In this document: in pieces, positions 26,600 to 40,260 of the stretch
Layout: each line of letters begins with the position of its first letter
Numbering within the stretch: the first letter of the stretch is position 1
Source of the DNA: Octopus sinensis
Lineage: Eukaryota
Assembly (NCBI RefSeq): GCF_006345805.1
Contig: NC_042997.1
Span: forward strand, 69,068,001 to 69,132,000
Direction of reading: 5' to 3'
DNA: 64,000 bases
Notes under the pieces: generated by a model
Told to the model about the DNA's origin: nothing
Database searches by the model: none
Seen by the model: only the letters and a program-made list of their open reading frames with translations
Program-made: the position numbers and the translations under genes

Positions 26600-27930
26600 T
26601 TTTTCTGCATTATTTGTACATTTGCGGCTAATAAATAAAGATGTGTTATTATTGTTTTACATCTCAGAACGCTCGATCTTGTTTGCTCTGTAAACTCTGT
26701 GAGAATGGGCAGCAGCTTGCTGTCAGAGGTCTCACGGGGTCTCTTTCCGCACATTATAAGCTTTGGTACTTGGTTGTTAATTATCGTAGGAAACATGCAA
26801 CATCTAAGTACCAGTCTCAAAATCCTAGCTGTCCCAAGCAGTGCAGTCTTTTGGGCTTGCTCTGCTCTCATGTCAATTCCAACTTCTCTGACATATTCCT
26901 CGAACTTGGTCGTTAGAGCTCAGAGTAACCCTGCAACCACTGGAATGATTGACACTTTCCTCATAGTCCACGTTCTTGCAATTTCGTCTTTTAGTAGACT
27001 GTACTTTTCAATCTTTTCTAGTTCTTTATCATTTATGCGTGCATCTCTAGGTATTGCTATATCTTTAATCTTGGTTTCCTTGTTTCCTTTATCTATCACA
27101 ACAATATCTGGTCTACGAGGCTCAATTACGGAGTCACATTGAATTGTAAAATTATTATTATCTTTGTGCTTTGGGTACGTGCTGTGGTTTGCTGTGATGC
27201 TCTTATGGCTACTGTATTGAAAGTGTTTTGCGTAGGATGTGTGCAATGCCAAGTATTGCAATTTTCTGTATGTTATATAAGTAAGTCCCGGTGTTTTTCT
27301 AATGTATTTGTCTGAATATTTTTTATCATACCTAATGCGCCTACTATGATAGGAATTGTTTTTGTTTTTAGATTCCACATTCGAGTTACCTCTATTTCCA
27401 TGTCTTTGTATTTTGAAAGTTTCTCAATTTCTTTTAGAGAAACGTTGTTATCTGCTAGTATTGATACATCAATTAGAAAGCATATTTTTCCTTCATGATC
27501 TCTGACAACTATATCTGGCCTATTGGCCTAAATTTCTCTATCTGTGTATTGGCATATCCCATTGTATGGTTGCTTTCTCGTTTTCTGTGATCTTTTCTGG
27601 CGTGTGCCTATACCATCTTTTTTCTGTTGTTATTCCATAGTGTTGGCATAGCTCTCAGTATATGTAGGTCCCAACTCTTGTCGTGTCTGTGAATATATTC
27701 CTTCTTAGTCAGGATTGGGCAGCCAGAGATAATATGATTTATTGTTTCTTGTCCAACTCCACATATTAAGGATATTGTATTTGTAACTTATAACTGGGAT
27801 GGCTAAAGTGTTAATACCTATTATCTTGTTTTTAGCATTGAGCTCTGTTTTCAGTATTGATCTAACTCCTCTATAATACTCTTTCTTTATTTTCTCTTTC
27901 ATTTCTGCGTGTTGTATCATATCTAGTTCA
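26600..27930 (-). mobile_element. R4/Dong-like LINE 3' portion, internally deleted
   Basis: ELNAKNKIIGINTLAIPVISY, RRPDIVVIDK..IKDIAIP..KIEKYSLL..IIPVVAG, KTALLGTARILRLVL. Confidence 0.85.
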
Positions 27931-27942
27931 TTATTATTATTA

Positions 27943-27980
<38 letters not shown>

Positions 27981-27981
27981 G

Positions 27982-28545
27982 AGTGAGAGAGCAGTACATG
28001 CAATCAAAGTGACACTGGGGTAAAATATACGAAGCCCAGTATACCCATCATGACTACCCATCTGATAAGGGTGCACCAGGCACATGCATCATAACCAAAT
28101 GTGCGCGACATGGTGATCACATATCAAGATAAACAGCGCATGACCTTGCAGGTGGGGCCCAGTTAGAATTTTCTTCTTGTCGAGTAACCCATCCCGCTCA
28201 AAAGGTCCCTGAATAAGCGTTGTTTAAGGATGCTGAACGAACCACCCATGTTTCCAGAGGTGAATTATTCAAACCCCAAAGAATCCCTCTCAACACATGG
28301 CTATGATGGTCCCCCACTTCATCTGCCCGTGATCAGAGATGCACATACTGTCAGCCACTAGGGGACATGGTAAACTGGTTAAGGTCAAACAACTGACAAG
28401 CAAATCTGTGGTATTGAGCAGAATATTTGCTGTAGCCCATCTTTTATACCAAGACAAAACAATGTACGTGATAACACTTCCAATCAGTTGAGATCAGAAG
28501 CTACGAGAGCCACTGCCTGGTACTACATCAGGGCAATTATCATTA
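27982..28545. repeat. Unclassified ~560-bp higher-GC insertion within an (ATT)n tract
   Basis: Sharp compositional boundaries with (ATT)n on both sides and no ORF. Class not determined. Confidence 0.4.
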
Positions 28546-28574
28546 TTATCACTATTATTATTATTATTATTAAA

Positions 28575-28776
28575 GTATACAGTGGTGATTTGACAGAATA
28601 GTTAGCTCACCAGGCAAAATGCTGAGCGGCATTTCGTCTGTCTTTACATCCTGATTTCAAGTTTCGCCAAGATCAGCTTTACATTTCATCATTTCGAGGT
28701 CGACAAAATAAGTACCAGCTGAGAACTGATGTTAACCCTCCAGCGAAATTGCGGGCCTTGAGCCAAAATTTAAAAC
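28575..28776 (+). mobile_element. SINE family C (CORE-like)
   Basis: ggtgatttgacagaatagttagc..caaaatgctgagcggcatttcg..tttcatcatttcgaggtcgacaaaataagtaccag, homologous to 39755-39945. Confidence 0.65.
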
Positions 28777-28830
28777 CATTATTGTTGTTGCTGTTGTTGT
28801 TATTATTATTATTTTTATTATTATTATTAC

Positions 28831-28889
<59 letters not shown>

Positions 28890-28900
28890 TATTATTATTA

Positions 28901-28951
<51 letters not shown>

Positions 28952-29989
28952 GTTGTTGTTGTTGTTGTTGTTGTAGTCATGATCTGAGTAACATATTAAG
29001 AGATAATCGTATGAGACACATACAAAATTCTCAAGGTACAAAGAAGTGTGAATGTTCTAAGAAATCTTATTAAGTACGATAGTTTTTTCTACCTTCTGGA
29101 GCGTGATAATATGTATGAGAACTAGCAACCTGACGATGCATTTAAAAATATTATGACAGGATCATTATTATAAATATATGAATTGGATAGACTTAACCCG
29201 GTTTCTAAGGCATCTAACCGAGAACAAGGTTTCATCCTTGAGAGTGCAAGGCTGGGATGACAATTCGCTGCAACGTTAACCTCCACCTACTGAGTAGAGT
29301 AGATTAGCATCCAAAGAAAGTACCTGGCTCAATGACAACACAAACTGCCCGTCCACCAATCAAACCCACGATCTTACGGTGGTGAGCTCATTACTCTACA
29401 TACTAGGCGCTCGCATATAAAATTCCATATCTTAAAAATGGGAAAGCATATTGCAAAGTATAGTTAAGTTACACTATATGAAATATGACCGGTTGGGGAC
29501 ATCTGGATGACTGTTTATCACAGATAAGCTCTCACAAAGCAATGGTAATGCCATTAATAGCGCTGACACCACAAATGCAATGCCCTCATTAAGAATAGCC
29601 TCCAGAAATAGCCACGACAATAAACCCGGCCTGAACCAGCTTTTAGTCGAAGACATTAAGGGAAGATAAACCAACAAAAGAAACTCTAAGTAGTCACTCG
29701 ACCTTCTAGAAATAGTAGCAATTTTGCAACGCCACAAAAAAGAAAATAACACCCTCGTATTCATAAAAGGTTAGGGTTACATTGAATGCCATAATCATAT
29801 ATACAGAATGTCATGATGATTACAGAGCATTGATTTTCCTAATCATAGTTGTCCTTGAGATAAACAGTAACAGTAATCACGACGTTGCTGTTCAGAAACT
29901 CACATTACAACTGCTTGAACTTAGGTTCGATTTCAATGAGCGGTATCTTGGGAAAGTGTTTGTGGACGGAATTCGATGTTCGACTTAAC

Positions 29990-30640
29990 ACCACCATCTG
30001 ACTATGGGATTCTTTAGCAGAGATTACTGTAATGACAGGAATATTTCCACGAATCTCTACCACTACGATCACGGCCAGCACTACCACCACTAACACCATC
30101 AACACAAACATAATCATCATAACCACTACCATCGCCACAATTATAATTACTTCTACAACTTCCACCACTACCATAACCATAGCTACCATACCTACCATAC
30201 CAACGCCACAGCCACCACCACCACAGTTACCACCACCATCACAGCGATCACCACCAACATCATCATAGCCCCCATGGTCACCACCAACACCAACACGAAC
30301 TACATAGCAACAACCACTACAACCTATAATACATGACCACAACACTTCCGATACTATAGTAGGAACACCTCTTCGATCCCCTCCCCCATGGTCACCACTA
30401 TCACCATTTCCCCTAATTGTGATCAACTCCAGCATCAAACTTATTTGCAAACACCACCGCCGCTTCCAATACTATAATGGCTTCAACAACACTACAGATA
30501 CCACTGCCACCGCACTCACTAATACCACCTGTACCACTGTTATGACATCAGTCTCATCACCACACCAAACAACGCCACCACCAGCTCCATTACTGGCACA
30601 AGTACCAGCAACGAGCCTCTACGCGCTAACAAGGGAGACT
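29990..30640. repeat. (ACC/CAC)n low-complexity tract
   Basis: Read directly from the sequence. Confidence 0.8.
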
Positions 30641-31428
30641 TTATTTGGTTCGTGTGACATACTAAAAATAGCAGCCAAATCTCATTCCGTTATCACTCAG
30701 CGGGCTTACAAATGAAAGGACATGGAATAATTATGTATGCAGAACGCAGTAATTGTTTCTCATGAAGATTACGGTTGAAATTGCTTAATTCGGGTGTGCA
30801 CTTGCTCAGTACCAGCCTAGAGGTGAAAAAGCATCAAAAAATCATTTTGGCTGCTAAAATTTGCAGCCAAAAGTACCTCAACATAGTCACTTAAATAGCG
30901 CAAAGGAAATGATGCTGTCATAACAGACCTATACCAGAAAATAAGACTGCATAGCCATATATGAATGTCTTTGATGCTAGGCTCACCCGAATAGATTCGA
31001 CCTAGGGTTAAATATCAATAACAACCATAACTTCAACTACAACTGCTATCTCAGACAGACTGATTTTCTGCCAACAAACCTCTAGCTTTCGCTATCTCAA
31101 TCACCACAACTACCAAAACATCTATCAGCCCCAACACCACCATCACTACTACTAAAACCGTACCACTATAACCATCATCATCATCATCATCTCAATCTAG
31201 GCTACAAGCTACTTTCTCCACCACCACCACCACCATCACAACTACTTCACTTCTGCTAGTCTGCACCAACGTCACCGCATCTTTTACTTCGTCATTTGCC
31301 CCTCCCTTTCGCCCTTCTCCTCCACCTGCACAAATACATACAACGTGCGCACACACGCACGCACACATGCACACACGCACACACGCACACACACACACGC
31401 ACACAAAGACAGATATATATATATAGCT

Positions 31429-31460
<32 letters not shown>

Positions 31461-31967
31461 TATATAGTTTCTTCTCTCACCCTCATGTTACTACTTCTTC
31501 ATTTACCGGGCCTCTTCTACAAGCTCCTGAGCGAATATCAATACGCACATACACACACATGCTCACTGACATACACACATATATTCAAACATTCAAATAA
31601 ACATACATGTGAACACATATTCAAACATATCCAAACGCATACACAAACTCGCACGCACACACACACACAACTACCATTTTATCTTTCTCGTTTGTTCCCC
31701 TGCTGCACTGTAGCTGATATTCCTACTTCGTCTGCTGTTTCCATTCTGCAGAAACGATGAGTCAGCATTTGCATGGAAGCAACCCTTGATCCAACACCGC
31801 TTGCAAACCACACAATTAAACTGTTTGGCTTTTAGATTCGCTCTCTCAGATTCTTTCTATCTCTCCACCTCTATATCTCATTCAAACTCTGTCTCTGTAC
31901 ACAGCCATACCTTCTATGATAATTACATAGACGCCTATGCGTTCAAACGTGCATAGAGATATATACG

Positions 31968-32004
<37 letters not shown>

Positions 32005-32788
32005 TACATATATACATATATACATATATACATATTTACACACACACATGTATATATGTATATATGAATATATCTATGTATGTATACACATATATATGCA
32101 ATGCTTCTAGACATATATATATATATATATATCATATATACATATGCATGTATATACAATACTTATAAACATATGTATATATATATATATATATATATAT
32201 CATATATACCTATACTTATATACATGTATATATACATGCATGCATATATATATATGAGAGAGAAAGAGAGAGCATGTGTGAAAGGGAGACACAGAGAGAC
32301 AATTAGAGCCGGACAGATGCGAAGTGGGGTGAGAGAGAGAAAAGCAAGACAGGGACTATGGGCATTCATATACGTATAAATACAGCTACATACATAGATG
32401 AACACATACATAAGATGTGTATGCTCATCTGCATACATGTGTATGTGTGTGTGTATCTATGTGTCTGCGTATGTGTGCTGTGCGTGTGTGTGTGTGTTTA
32501 TTGAAATATATACGTAACAAATGTGTATATGCATGCATAAGTCCATGTCTATATATGAATATGCGTGCGTTGATACACTGGTATATAACTGTGCTCTTGT
32601 ATATGTGTGTCGAACTATTCTATGTTTATATACTTGTGAAGAACGAGTTCTGATCTGTGTGTCTTAACACTAGATGTCTATACATTGACATCTGAATATA
32701 TGTCTCTGAGTATATGAAATTGCTATGCCTATAAATATCTGGACACGCACATACATGTACTTATACATACATTTATATATACATGCAT

Positions 32789-32839
<51 letters not shown>

Positions 32840-32865
32840 CACATGTGCACACATACACTTATGCA

Positions 32866-32929
<64 letters not shown>

Positions 32930-33048
32930 AACACATAAGAGATGGCCATAATAGGACACCTGACTCACTAGAAAGAGCAGTTAAACTCCAAACCACTAAT
33001 AGTTGTAATTCTGAATTGGAAAGAGAAATAAAAACGTTTACCCTATCT

Positions 33049-33137
33049 TTCTTGGACTATGCATAGTTTCGGCAATCTTTTGTAAATAAGATAAAATTAT
33101 TTTAATTTACGATTGGCGTTGCCATCTTCAGCAGGAA
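33049..33137 (-). ncRNA. Type I hammerhead ribozyme, canonical core
   Basis: Minus strand: uuccug CUGAAGA u GGCAA..UUGCC GAA ACUAUGCAUAGU C caagaa. GUC triplet; predicted cut between 33055 and 33054. Confidence 0.85.
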
Positions 33138-33327
33138 GCCAAGGATAGCATATTGGCACGAGGCGATAAGAACCATGCCTCGAGTCTATATGCTATATCT
33201 TTTCAAAATCCACCACGCTCGCGCGGTTTTTCAGCAGTGAATATAACTGCCGATTTAATTTCAAAATTAGCCAAAAAAGCCTTTTATCATTAATTAATAT
33301 ATTTTAGGGTAGCAAAAAAATTCTAGA

Positions 33328-33372
<45 letters not shown>

Positions 33373-33413
33373 ATATAATATATATATATATATTATTATT
33401 ATTATTATTATAC

Positions 33414-33458
<45 letters not shown>

Positions 33459-33459
<1 letters not shown>

Positions 33460-33769
33460 ACTGGCACTCCGTCAGTTATGACAAGTACTCCAGTTGGTCC
33501 AATGAACGGAACACCCTGCTCGTGAAATTAACGTACAAGTGGATGAGCTCTCCACAAATACGAATACCCTTAACATAGTTCTAATGGAGATTTCACATGA
33601 TACAGAACGTGAGAAGGTTGGCCCTTTAAGATACATCTATTACTCATTTTTACCAGCTGAGTGGACTGGAGCAATATGAGATACAGTATCACAGAGCACG
33701 CCGGGTATCGAACTCACAACTTTACGATTGATAGCCGAATACCTTAACCGCTAAGCCAAGCACCTTCAC
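33459..33769 (-). mobile_element. SINE family D (tRNA-derived)
   Basis: Minus strand GTGAAGGTGCTTGGCTTAGCGGTTAAGG..GAGTTCGATACCC (A and B boxes), then gtccactcagctggtaaaaatgag. Confidence 0.7.
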
Positions 33770-34429
33770 ACACACACACATACACACACACACACACATG
33801 TAAATAGATGCTTATGATTTTGGCATATTTACAACATTTGTTTATGGCAAGAAATTTTCTTCAAGACAAAACACTGTGAATATCGTTGTTACGGGTTCGA
33901 AATGCCCGAAGAATATTTGACTGTTCATAACCTTGCATAAATACATATGTACGTACAGAGATTTTAATATTTCGCTGATGCATTGCAATACAAATAACCT
34001 GGTGTAGAACTCAGTATACATAGGTTTCAGAACAAAGTGTTAACTGAGAATAGAACAGTAATAAGAAAGAGAGATGACAAAAGAATGAATGATTATCGTG
34101 TGAACTTCATTAGCTTACAGCTGTTTCTACTATGAGATGCAGTGGTCTGATAGTTGTGTGCCTTAATAACACCTTATAGCTTCACCAGAGCTTCAAATAT
34201 GAAGTGCAAATTATTTGGGAAAGAATTACATTTGTGCCTAAATATATATGGAACAACAGCAACAATGAGAAAAGCCAATACAGATGCATATAAGAAAAGT
34301 GTGCGTCCAGAATGTAATTTGTGGAAATATATGTGTATAAGCGTACACACGTAGTAGGAGTATCCACAGTTACAAAAAGACACACACGCAAAAACACAAC
34401 TCGCAGACACACAGAGACATGCACACGCA

Positions 34430-34900
34430 ACGGGACATACGTGCTCTCACTTTTTATCCCGCCGTTTGTCCTATTGTCATGACATTGTTACCTTCACGCT
34501 GATTCTGGAGGAATGACTTGGGATATCTTGTATGCATTAATTCTTGGCATGCATTTGCCTAGTAATTCTCAGCCATATGAGCGACGTTTTTTTTTTTTCC
34601 TTTTTTCTTTTATCAGACTTGTTTCTGCCAATGTCTGCCTACTTCACTTGGGAAACTTGGCAAGCTGACAATTAACTCCCTTCCTGGAGCGTTCGCATCC
34701 TGGGATTTTTTTAAACAGAATATCCATAATACCACCGTTGATACTGCATACTTTTTCTGTAAAATACGAATACTACCTCTTTCAGATTGTAGCTATACAT
34801 GCAACCTCGTTAAATTCCGTTTAGCTGCTCTAGATTTTTCTTCACAACGAATTCCTAACATCTTGAGAAAGAAACTAGAGGCTTTTATTGGCTATCATCA
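34430..34900 (-). mobile_element. Old R4/Dong- or RTE-like LINE fragment
   Basis: Degenerate RLHV*LQSERGS, resembling RLYLPRKEGGRG. Confidence 0.3.
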
Positions 34901-35122
34901 TTTATCTCTTGAGTGCTGATTGATTTGATTTGAACTGAATTTATTTTTATTTTCTTTTGTCAACAATCTTCTGTACAAGGAGTTTCTCATTCTTTCTTGA
35001 CAGCCATAAATATATGGTCAAGCATTCACTTTATGATACCACCTTTTTATTCTTGTATTTCATAGTTCAGTTTTAGCTGATGAAACGCATAACAATCTGT
35101 TTATTTATTTATTTATCCATAA

Positions 35123-35190
<68 letters not shown>

Positions 35191-38100
35191 GGGTGTCTCA
35201 ATGAAACATGTGCGAAACAGGGTGTCTCAATGAAACATGTGCGAAACACACGCACGATATCAACACCGGAAAGTTTACATAGAATAAAATAGAAACGGAC
35301 CAAAATAGAAAATAGTGAGTACATAAATTGAATAATTATGCATACACTCGAATGTCTACACAATCATATATACATTTTGATACCCATAGGACTACACATA
35401 CATCCCAAAGTTGAACACACTAAGTGAAATTTACACGACACACACTCACGCACATGAAAACACGTGTCACAAACCAAGCAAAAGCAAAATCAAAACTTTC
35501 TTTGTTTTTCTTCTTATTTTATTCTCATAGTTTAGAACTACCACAGACAGAGTGAACCTTTCACAAGGGTAAAAAGCACCACAAAAAAACTATGTCCGGA
35601 GGTAAATCTATCAACAAAAAAATCAATAAATAAAAAATTACAGACGAATACAGATCTGCTAGCCTTAAGAAATTACGCTACGGGTGATGTTTACATTCAG
35701 AGGCAGTGTCGTCGCAAAAACTTAATCCTAAACTGACAGATCCGACTCCTAATGTAAGAGCCGAATCTCGTCATGCCTCAATGTCAACAAAACAAATAAC
35801 AAACCACAATGGTCATCGATCGGTTTACAAAAGACCACAAACCCGAACATTGAACCAAATTCTGATTGAAAAATCAGCCATTGGTTCAAATCCTCCTGAT
35901 ACACGGGAGCTGGACGTACCCCACAACCGGAATATTCCAACAGATGGCCAACCATGCCCGTCATCAAATAACCAAAAGAAAAAGAAGGAAAATAGTCTAG
36001 GGAAGATAATAAGGTAGTTCTTACGGCCTTCTACCATGCCATATATTTCCCCACAGATAAATCTAACACTGTACAAACCTACATAAACTGGAGACAGAAA
36101 CACCCTGAAGTAAAACCCTACATAGACAGTAACAATCTTGCCAACGTCAGAAGAAACATTATAAAAAAAAATTACTGACTGAAGTAGAGATTGACCAAAT
36201 CAAACAAGCACTAACGGATAAAAACAACGAAGCTGCAGCTAAAGAAGATAATACAGAATAAAATAATTATAGACCAGCCCAGGGCTGATAAAAACGCAGT
36301 AAGGATTGAAAGAGTTAGTATAACTGATAGGCAAAGTGAAATACTCACTGAACCAATCATAAACACTAGAGACAGATGAACATCAAATAGAAGAAGAAAG
36401 TCACACAAATATTGACCCAACTGAACTACATGAACTAAAGAATCAAATCATGATTGAATGGCTGAAAATTAAAGAAACCAGTATGGATGAACGCGATACA
36501 CTCCCGAGAATCCTCATCTCTAACCAAAACATGAAAATAATTGGTAAAATCCGCCTTGCACTTAAGGATATAATTTCATCTAATGATGTTAATATCACAG
36601 ATCTCAACCACCTGTACTATGCATCCGCGAAAATCTGAACGATTCTATGTGGTGAAAAGATTCGAAAACGGCAACATTCCTACAAAAAGCCTTCTTGGCA
36701 AGAGCGTATCCAACATCAAATAAAACTACTTAGGTCTGACATTGAATGTTTGAAAAACCTTAAGGTTGACAAGACTACCAAACCTACAAAAACCCAAAAA
36801 TTAAAGAAAAAAATATATGAAAACTATACTTGATATTGATGCCACCATACAAACCATCAAACAAAAGGTATCTGCTAAAGCTGCCAGCATAGCGAGGTAT
36901 GAAAAGCGTGTTAAATTCTTGAAGGACAACATGTTCAAAAATAACCCCAAAAATTTTTGCAGGAAGATAGGGAAAAGAGTTACTGTAAAGTCTGTATCAT
37001 CAAAAGAAGAAGTGCACGGTTTTTGGAATAAAATTTGGACAGAAGAAAAAAACACAACAAAAAGGCTCCTTGTATTGATAGAATAGCTACGGATGGTGTC
37101 AAGTGGGAGGGTGTCAAGGTAGAAGACGTAAGATCTGCTCTCAGGAAGTCAAGCAAATGGAAGTCTCCAGGAAAGGATAAAATTCCTAACTTCTGGTTGA
37201 ATGCCTTCCCAGAGAGCCATGAACTGCTAACAGAACATTACAATGATATTTTGCAACACCCTAGTAGGATGCCTGCTTGGCTAGTTAATGGTTTAACATT
37301 CTTGCTCCCCAAAAGTGAAGAAACAAATGAACCAAAAAACTATAGACCCATAGCCTGCTTAACAACTATGTATAAAACGCTTACATCTATCCTGACAGAA
37401 TATATCTAGAGTTTTTTAATAGACAGCAGCATATTCCCTAATGAACAGAAAGGATGTAAACGTGGATCCTATGGTTGTAAAGATCAGCTACTCATCAATA
37501 AGATGATCTTAGAAGATTGTCACAAACAACACAAAAACTTATCAATAGCCTGGATAGACTATAAAAAGGCTTTTGATAGCCTACCACATAGCTGGATAAA
37601 GAAATGCCTGGAAATGTATAAAATAGCGCCTACTCTGCGAAACTTTTGTCTGTAACTAATTTTGAACAGTGACGATGAATCTCTAAATGCTGGTATGTAA
37701 AAATTTCATGTGGCATTTTCCAAGGTGACTCACTATCACCACTCCTCTTTTGTTTAGCCTTAATACCTCTTTCAAAATTGCTCAATGACGCACAGTACGG
37801 ATATAAAATGTTGGATAAAAATATAAATCATCTTATTTACATGGATGATTTAAAGCTCTTTGCAAAAAATGACCAACAACTAAAGGGCTTACTAACGATT
37901 GTTAAACAATTCAGCGATGACATCAGAATGCAATTTGGCCTCGATAAATGTGCAAAAGCTACTTTTATCAAAGGAAAAATGATAGAAATATCTAACGTTT
38001 ACCTCGACCAGCAGAATGTCATAAAAGAGTTAGACCCAGCGGAGAGCTACAAGTACCTAGGGGTAATTGAAGGGGATGGAATAAGGCATTCAGTGAAAGG

Positions 38101-39543
38101 ATCAGGAGAGAATGTTTTCGCAGAGTAAGAGCAATACTCAAGACAGAGCTGAATGCGAGAAACAGGATCGAAGCGTTTAATGCTTTAGCCATACCAGTCG
38201 TGACTTACAGTTTCAATATCGTTAACTGGTCAATTACTGAAATATGTAATCTTGACAGAAAAATACGAAAACTGTTGACAATGCACAGAATGCACCACCC
38301 TGAGGCAGATACAGAACGACTTTATCTGCCAAGAAAAGAGGGAGGCCGTGGACTTTTACAACTGGCATTAACAATGAAGATTGCTACAATTGGCCTGGAT
38401 GTTAAAACTTGTCTCAAAACATGAAAACGAGAAAGCATCATACTCAGTAACAAAACAGGCAAAGGAATATCTAAGTGAATTCCAAATACAGCAAATTTCG
38501 TAATTAGACACACACGAAACAAGCACAGAAAAAGCTAAGCGCATGAAAACCCGTGCTAAAACTGCTGTCTTAGATATTCTGAATGATAAATGGCAAGAAA
38601 AACCTCTCAATGGCAAATACCCAAAGAGAGTGAATAATGCAGATGTTGACAAAGCCCTGACCCATCAATGGCTAATGGCTTCTGGCTAAAAATCTAAGAC
38701 AAAAGGGTTTATCATAGCAGCTCAAGGTCAATGCCTACCTAGAAGGAACTACCAGGCCAACATATTAAAAAACGGCAGTAGCCCAACATGTCGTATATGT
38801 CAACAACAAAATGAAACCATTGATCATGTTGTCTCCAAGTGCAGTATTCTTGCGCCTACAGAGTATCTCAACAGGCACGATAGAGCTGCACAATATATTC
38901 ACTGGGTAATTTGCAAAAACCTGGATTTGCCCCATGAAAAAAACTGGTGGGAACACAAACCACCCCCAGTGCTTGAAAATGACCACATCTCACTCCTCTG
39001 GAGCTTCACCATTCAAACCGACAGAAAGATAGATGCAAATAGGCCAGACATCATACTGAAATATTTCAAACAAAGAACATGCCTCCTCATTGATATGACT
39101 GTCCCAAACGATATAAACGTATCTGTCAAGACCTACCAGAAACTGAGTAAATATAAAGATCTTGAAATAGAAATCAACAAAATTTGTAACCTGAAGACTA
39201 AAACAATACCTGTTGTCATAAGTGCTCTGGGAATGATAGCAAAAGGGACTGATTGCTACCTAACTCAGATACTAGGAAACCCCAAAGTGGCAGAAATTCA
39301 AAAGATAGTGCTCATGGGAACAGCTCATATCCTACGTAAAATACTTTCTATGTAATCTCAAGTTTTAAAACAAACATAATTTTCATATGGTTGTTTAGGC
39401 ATTCACTAGTACAACACTAAGTACAAAACCAAATATATGGCACCCTAGGCATAACACCAACATGAACTTCTAACTTGTTGTCTCTTGAGGTCTCTGGGTG
39501 AGACTTGGAGCCAGCTTGGGCAAATGTAAAGCAAAAGTCAAAC

Positions 39544-39545
<2 letters not shown>
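35191..39545 (+). mobile_element. Near full-length R4/Dong-like non-LTR retrotransposon (RT, CCHC, restriction-like endonuclease), inactivated
   Basis: [130 protein letters not shown]. Several stops and frameshifts; (TAA)n on both flanks. Confidence 0.95.
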
Positions 39546-39584
<39 letters not shown>

Positions 39585-39591
39585 TAATAAT

Positions 39592-39654
<63 letters not shown>

Positions 39655-39686
39655 CATTATTTTTATTATTATTATTATTATTATTA

Positions 39687-39722
<36 letters not shown>

Positions 39723-39754
39723 CATTATTATTGTTATTATTGCTATTATCATTG

Positions 39755-39945
39755 AGGCGGTGAGCTTGCAGAATCGATAGCACACTGAACGAAATGCTTA
39801 GCAGTATTGCGCCGTCGCTACGTTCTGGGTTCAAATTCTGCCGAGGTTGACTTTGCTTTTCATCCTTTTGGGGCCGATAAAATAAGCACCAGTTGAACAC
39901 TAGGGTCGATGTAATCGACTCATCCACACTTCCCACAAGTCGCCC
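39755..39945 (+). mobile_element. SINE family C
   Basis: aggcggtgagcttgcagaatcgatagc..GGTTCAAATTC..tttcatccttttggggccgataaaataagcaccag..gggtcgatgtaatcgact. Confidence 0.75.
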
Positions 39946-40260
39946 TTACTTTTTCTTTGTCAAACAAACATACATTTTGTCACGCATGAAAAGCTCAAGG
40001 TGAGGAAATATATGTTCGTAGCAAGCCTGGAGAACATATAGGAAGATCTTTTGAAACTTAGGTTTGGTGTGATTTGCGATGTAGGGTCTGTCATTGACGT
40101 GCAAGAGTGTAAGTCCTTGTCTGTTTATCAATGCCAGACGTTTCCTGGATAATGTAGAAATGAGAGCAGTAGACCTTCCCAAAAAACGTAAGCTTGGGCG
40201 TAAAATATGATTGTTTTACAAATGATACGAGTATAAAAGTCGGCAACATCTACATTGGGA
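39946..40260 (-). mobile_element. mariner transposase fragment
   Basis: RKRLALINRQGLTLLHVNDRPYIANHT, resembling the family motif R..GV.LLHDNARPH.A..T. Confidence 0.55.

Noticed and set aside
29905-30715. Thr/Pro-rich mucin-like ORFs
   Set aside because: Degenerate (ACC/CAC)n low complexity, broken by stops, with no splice or domain support.
35077-35090. CTGATGA hammerhead core
   Set aside because: Followed directly by AACGC with no stem II or complete GAAA arm.
35191-35248. 29-bp direct repeat as a CRISPR array or hammerhead
   Set aside because: Only two adjacent units, no spacer, eukaryotic context. The CUCAAUGA..GAAAC..GUC resemblance lacks a valid core and stem II.
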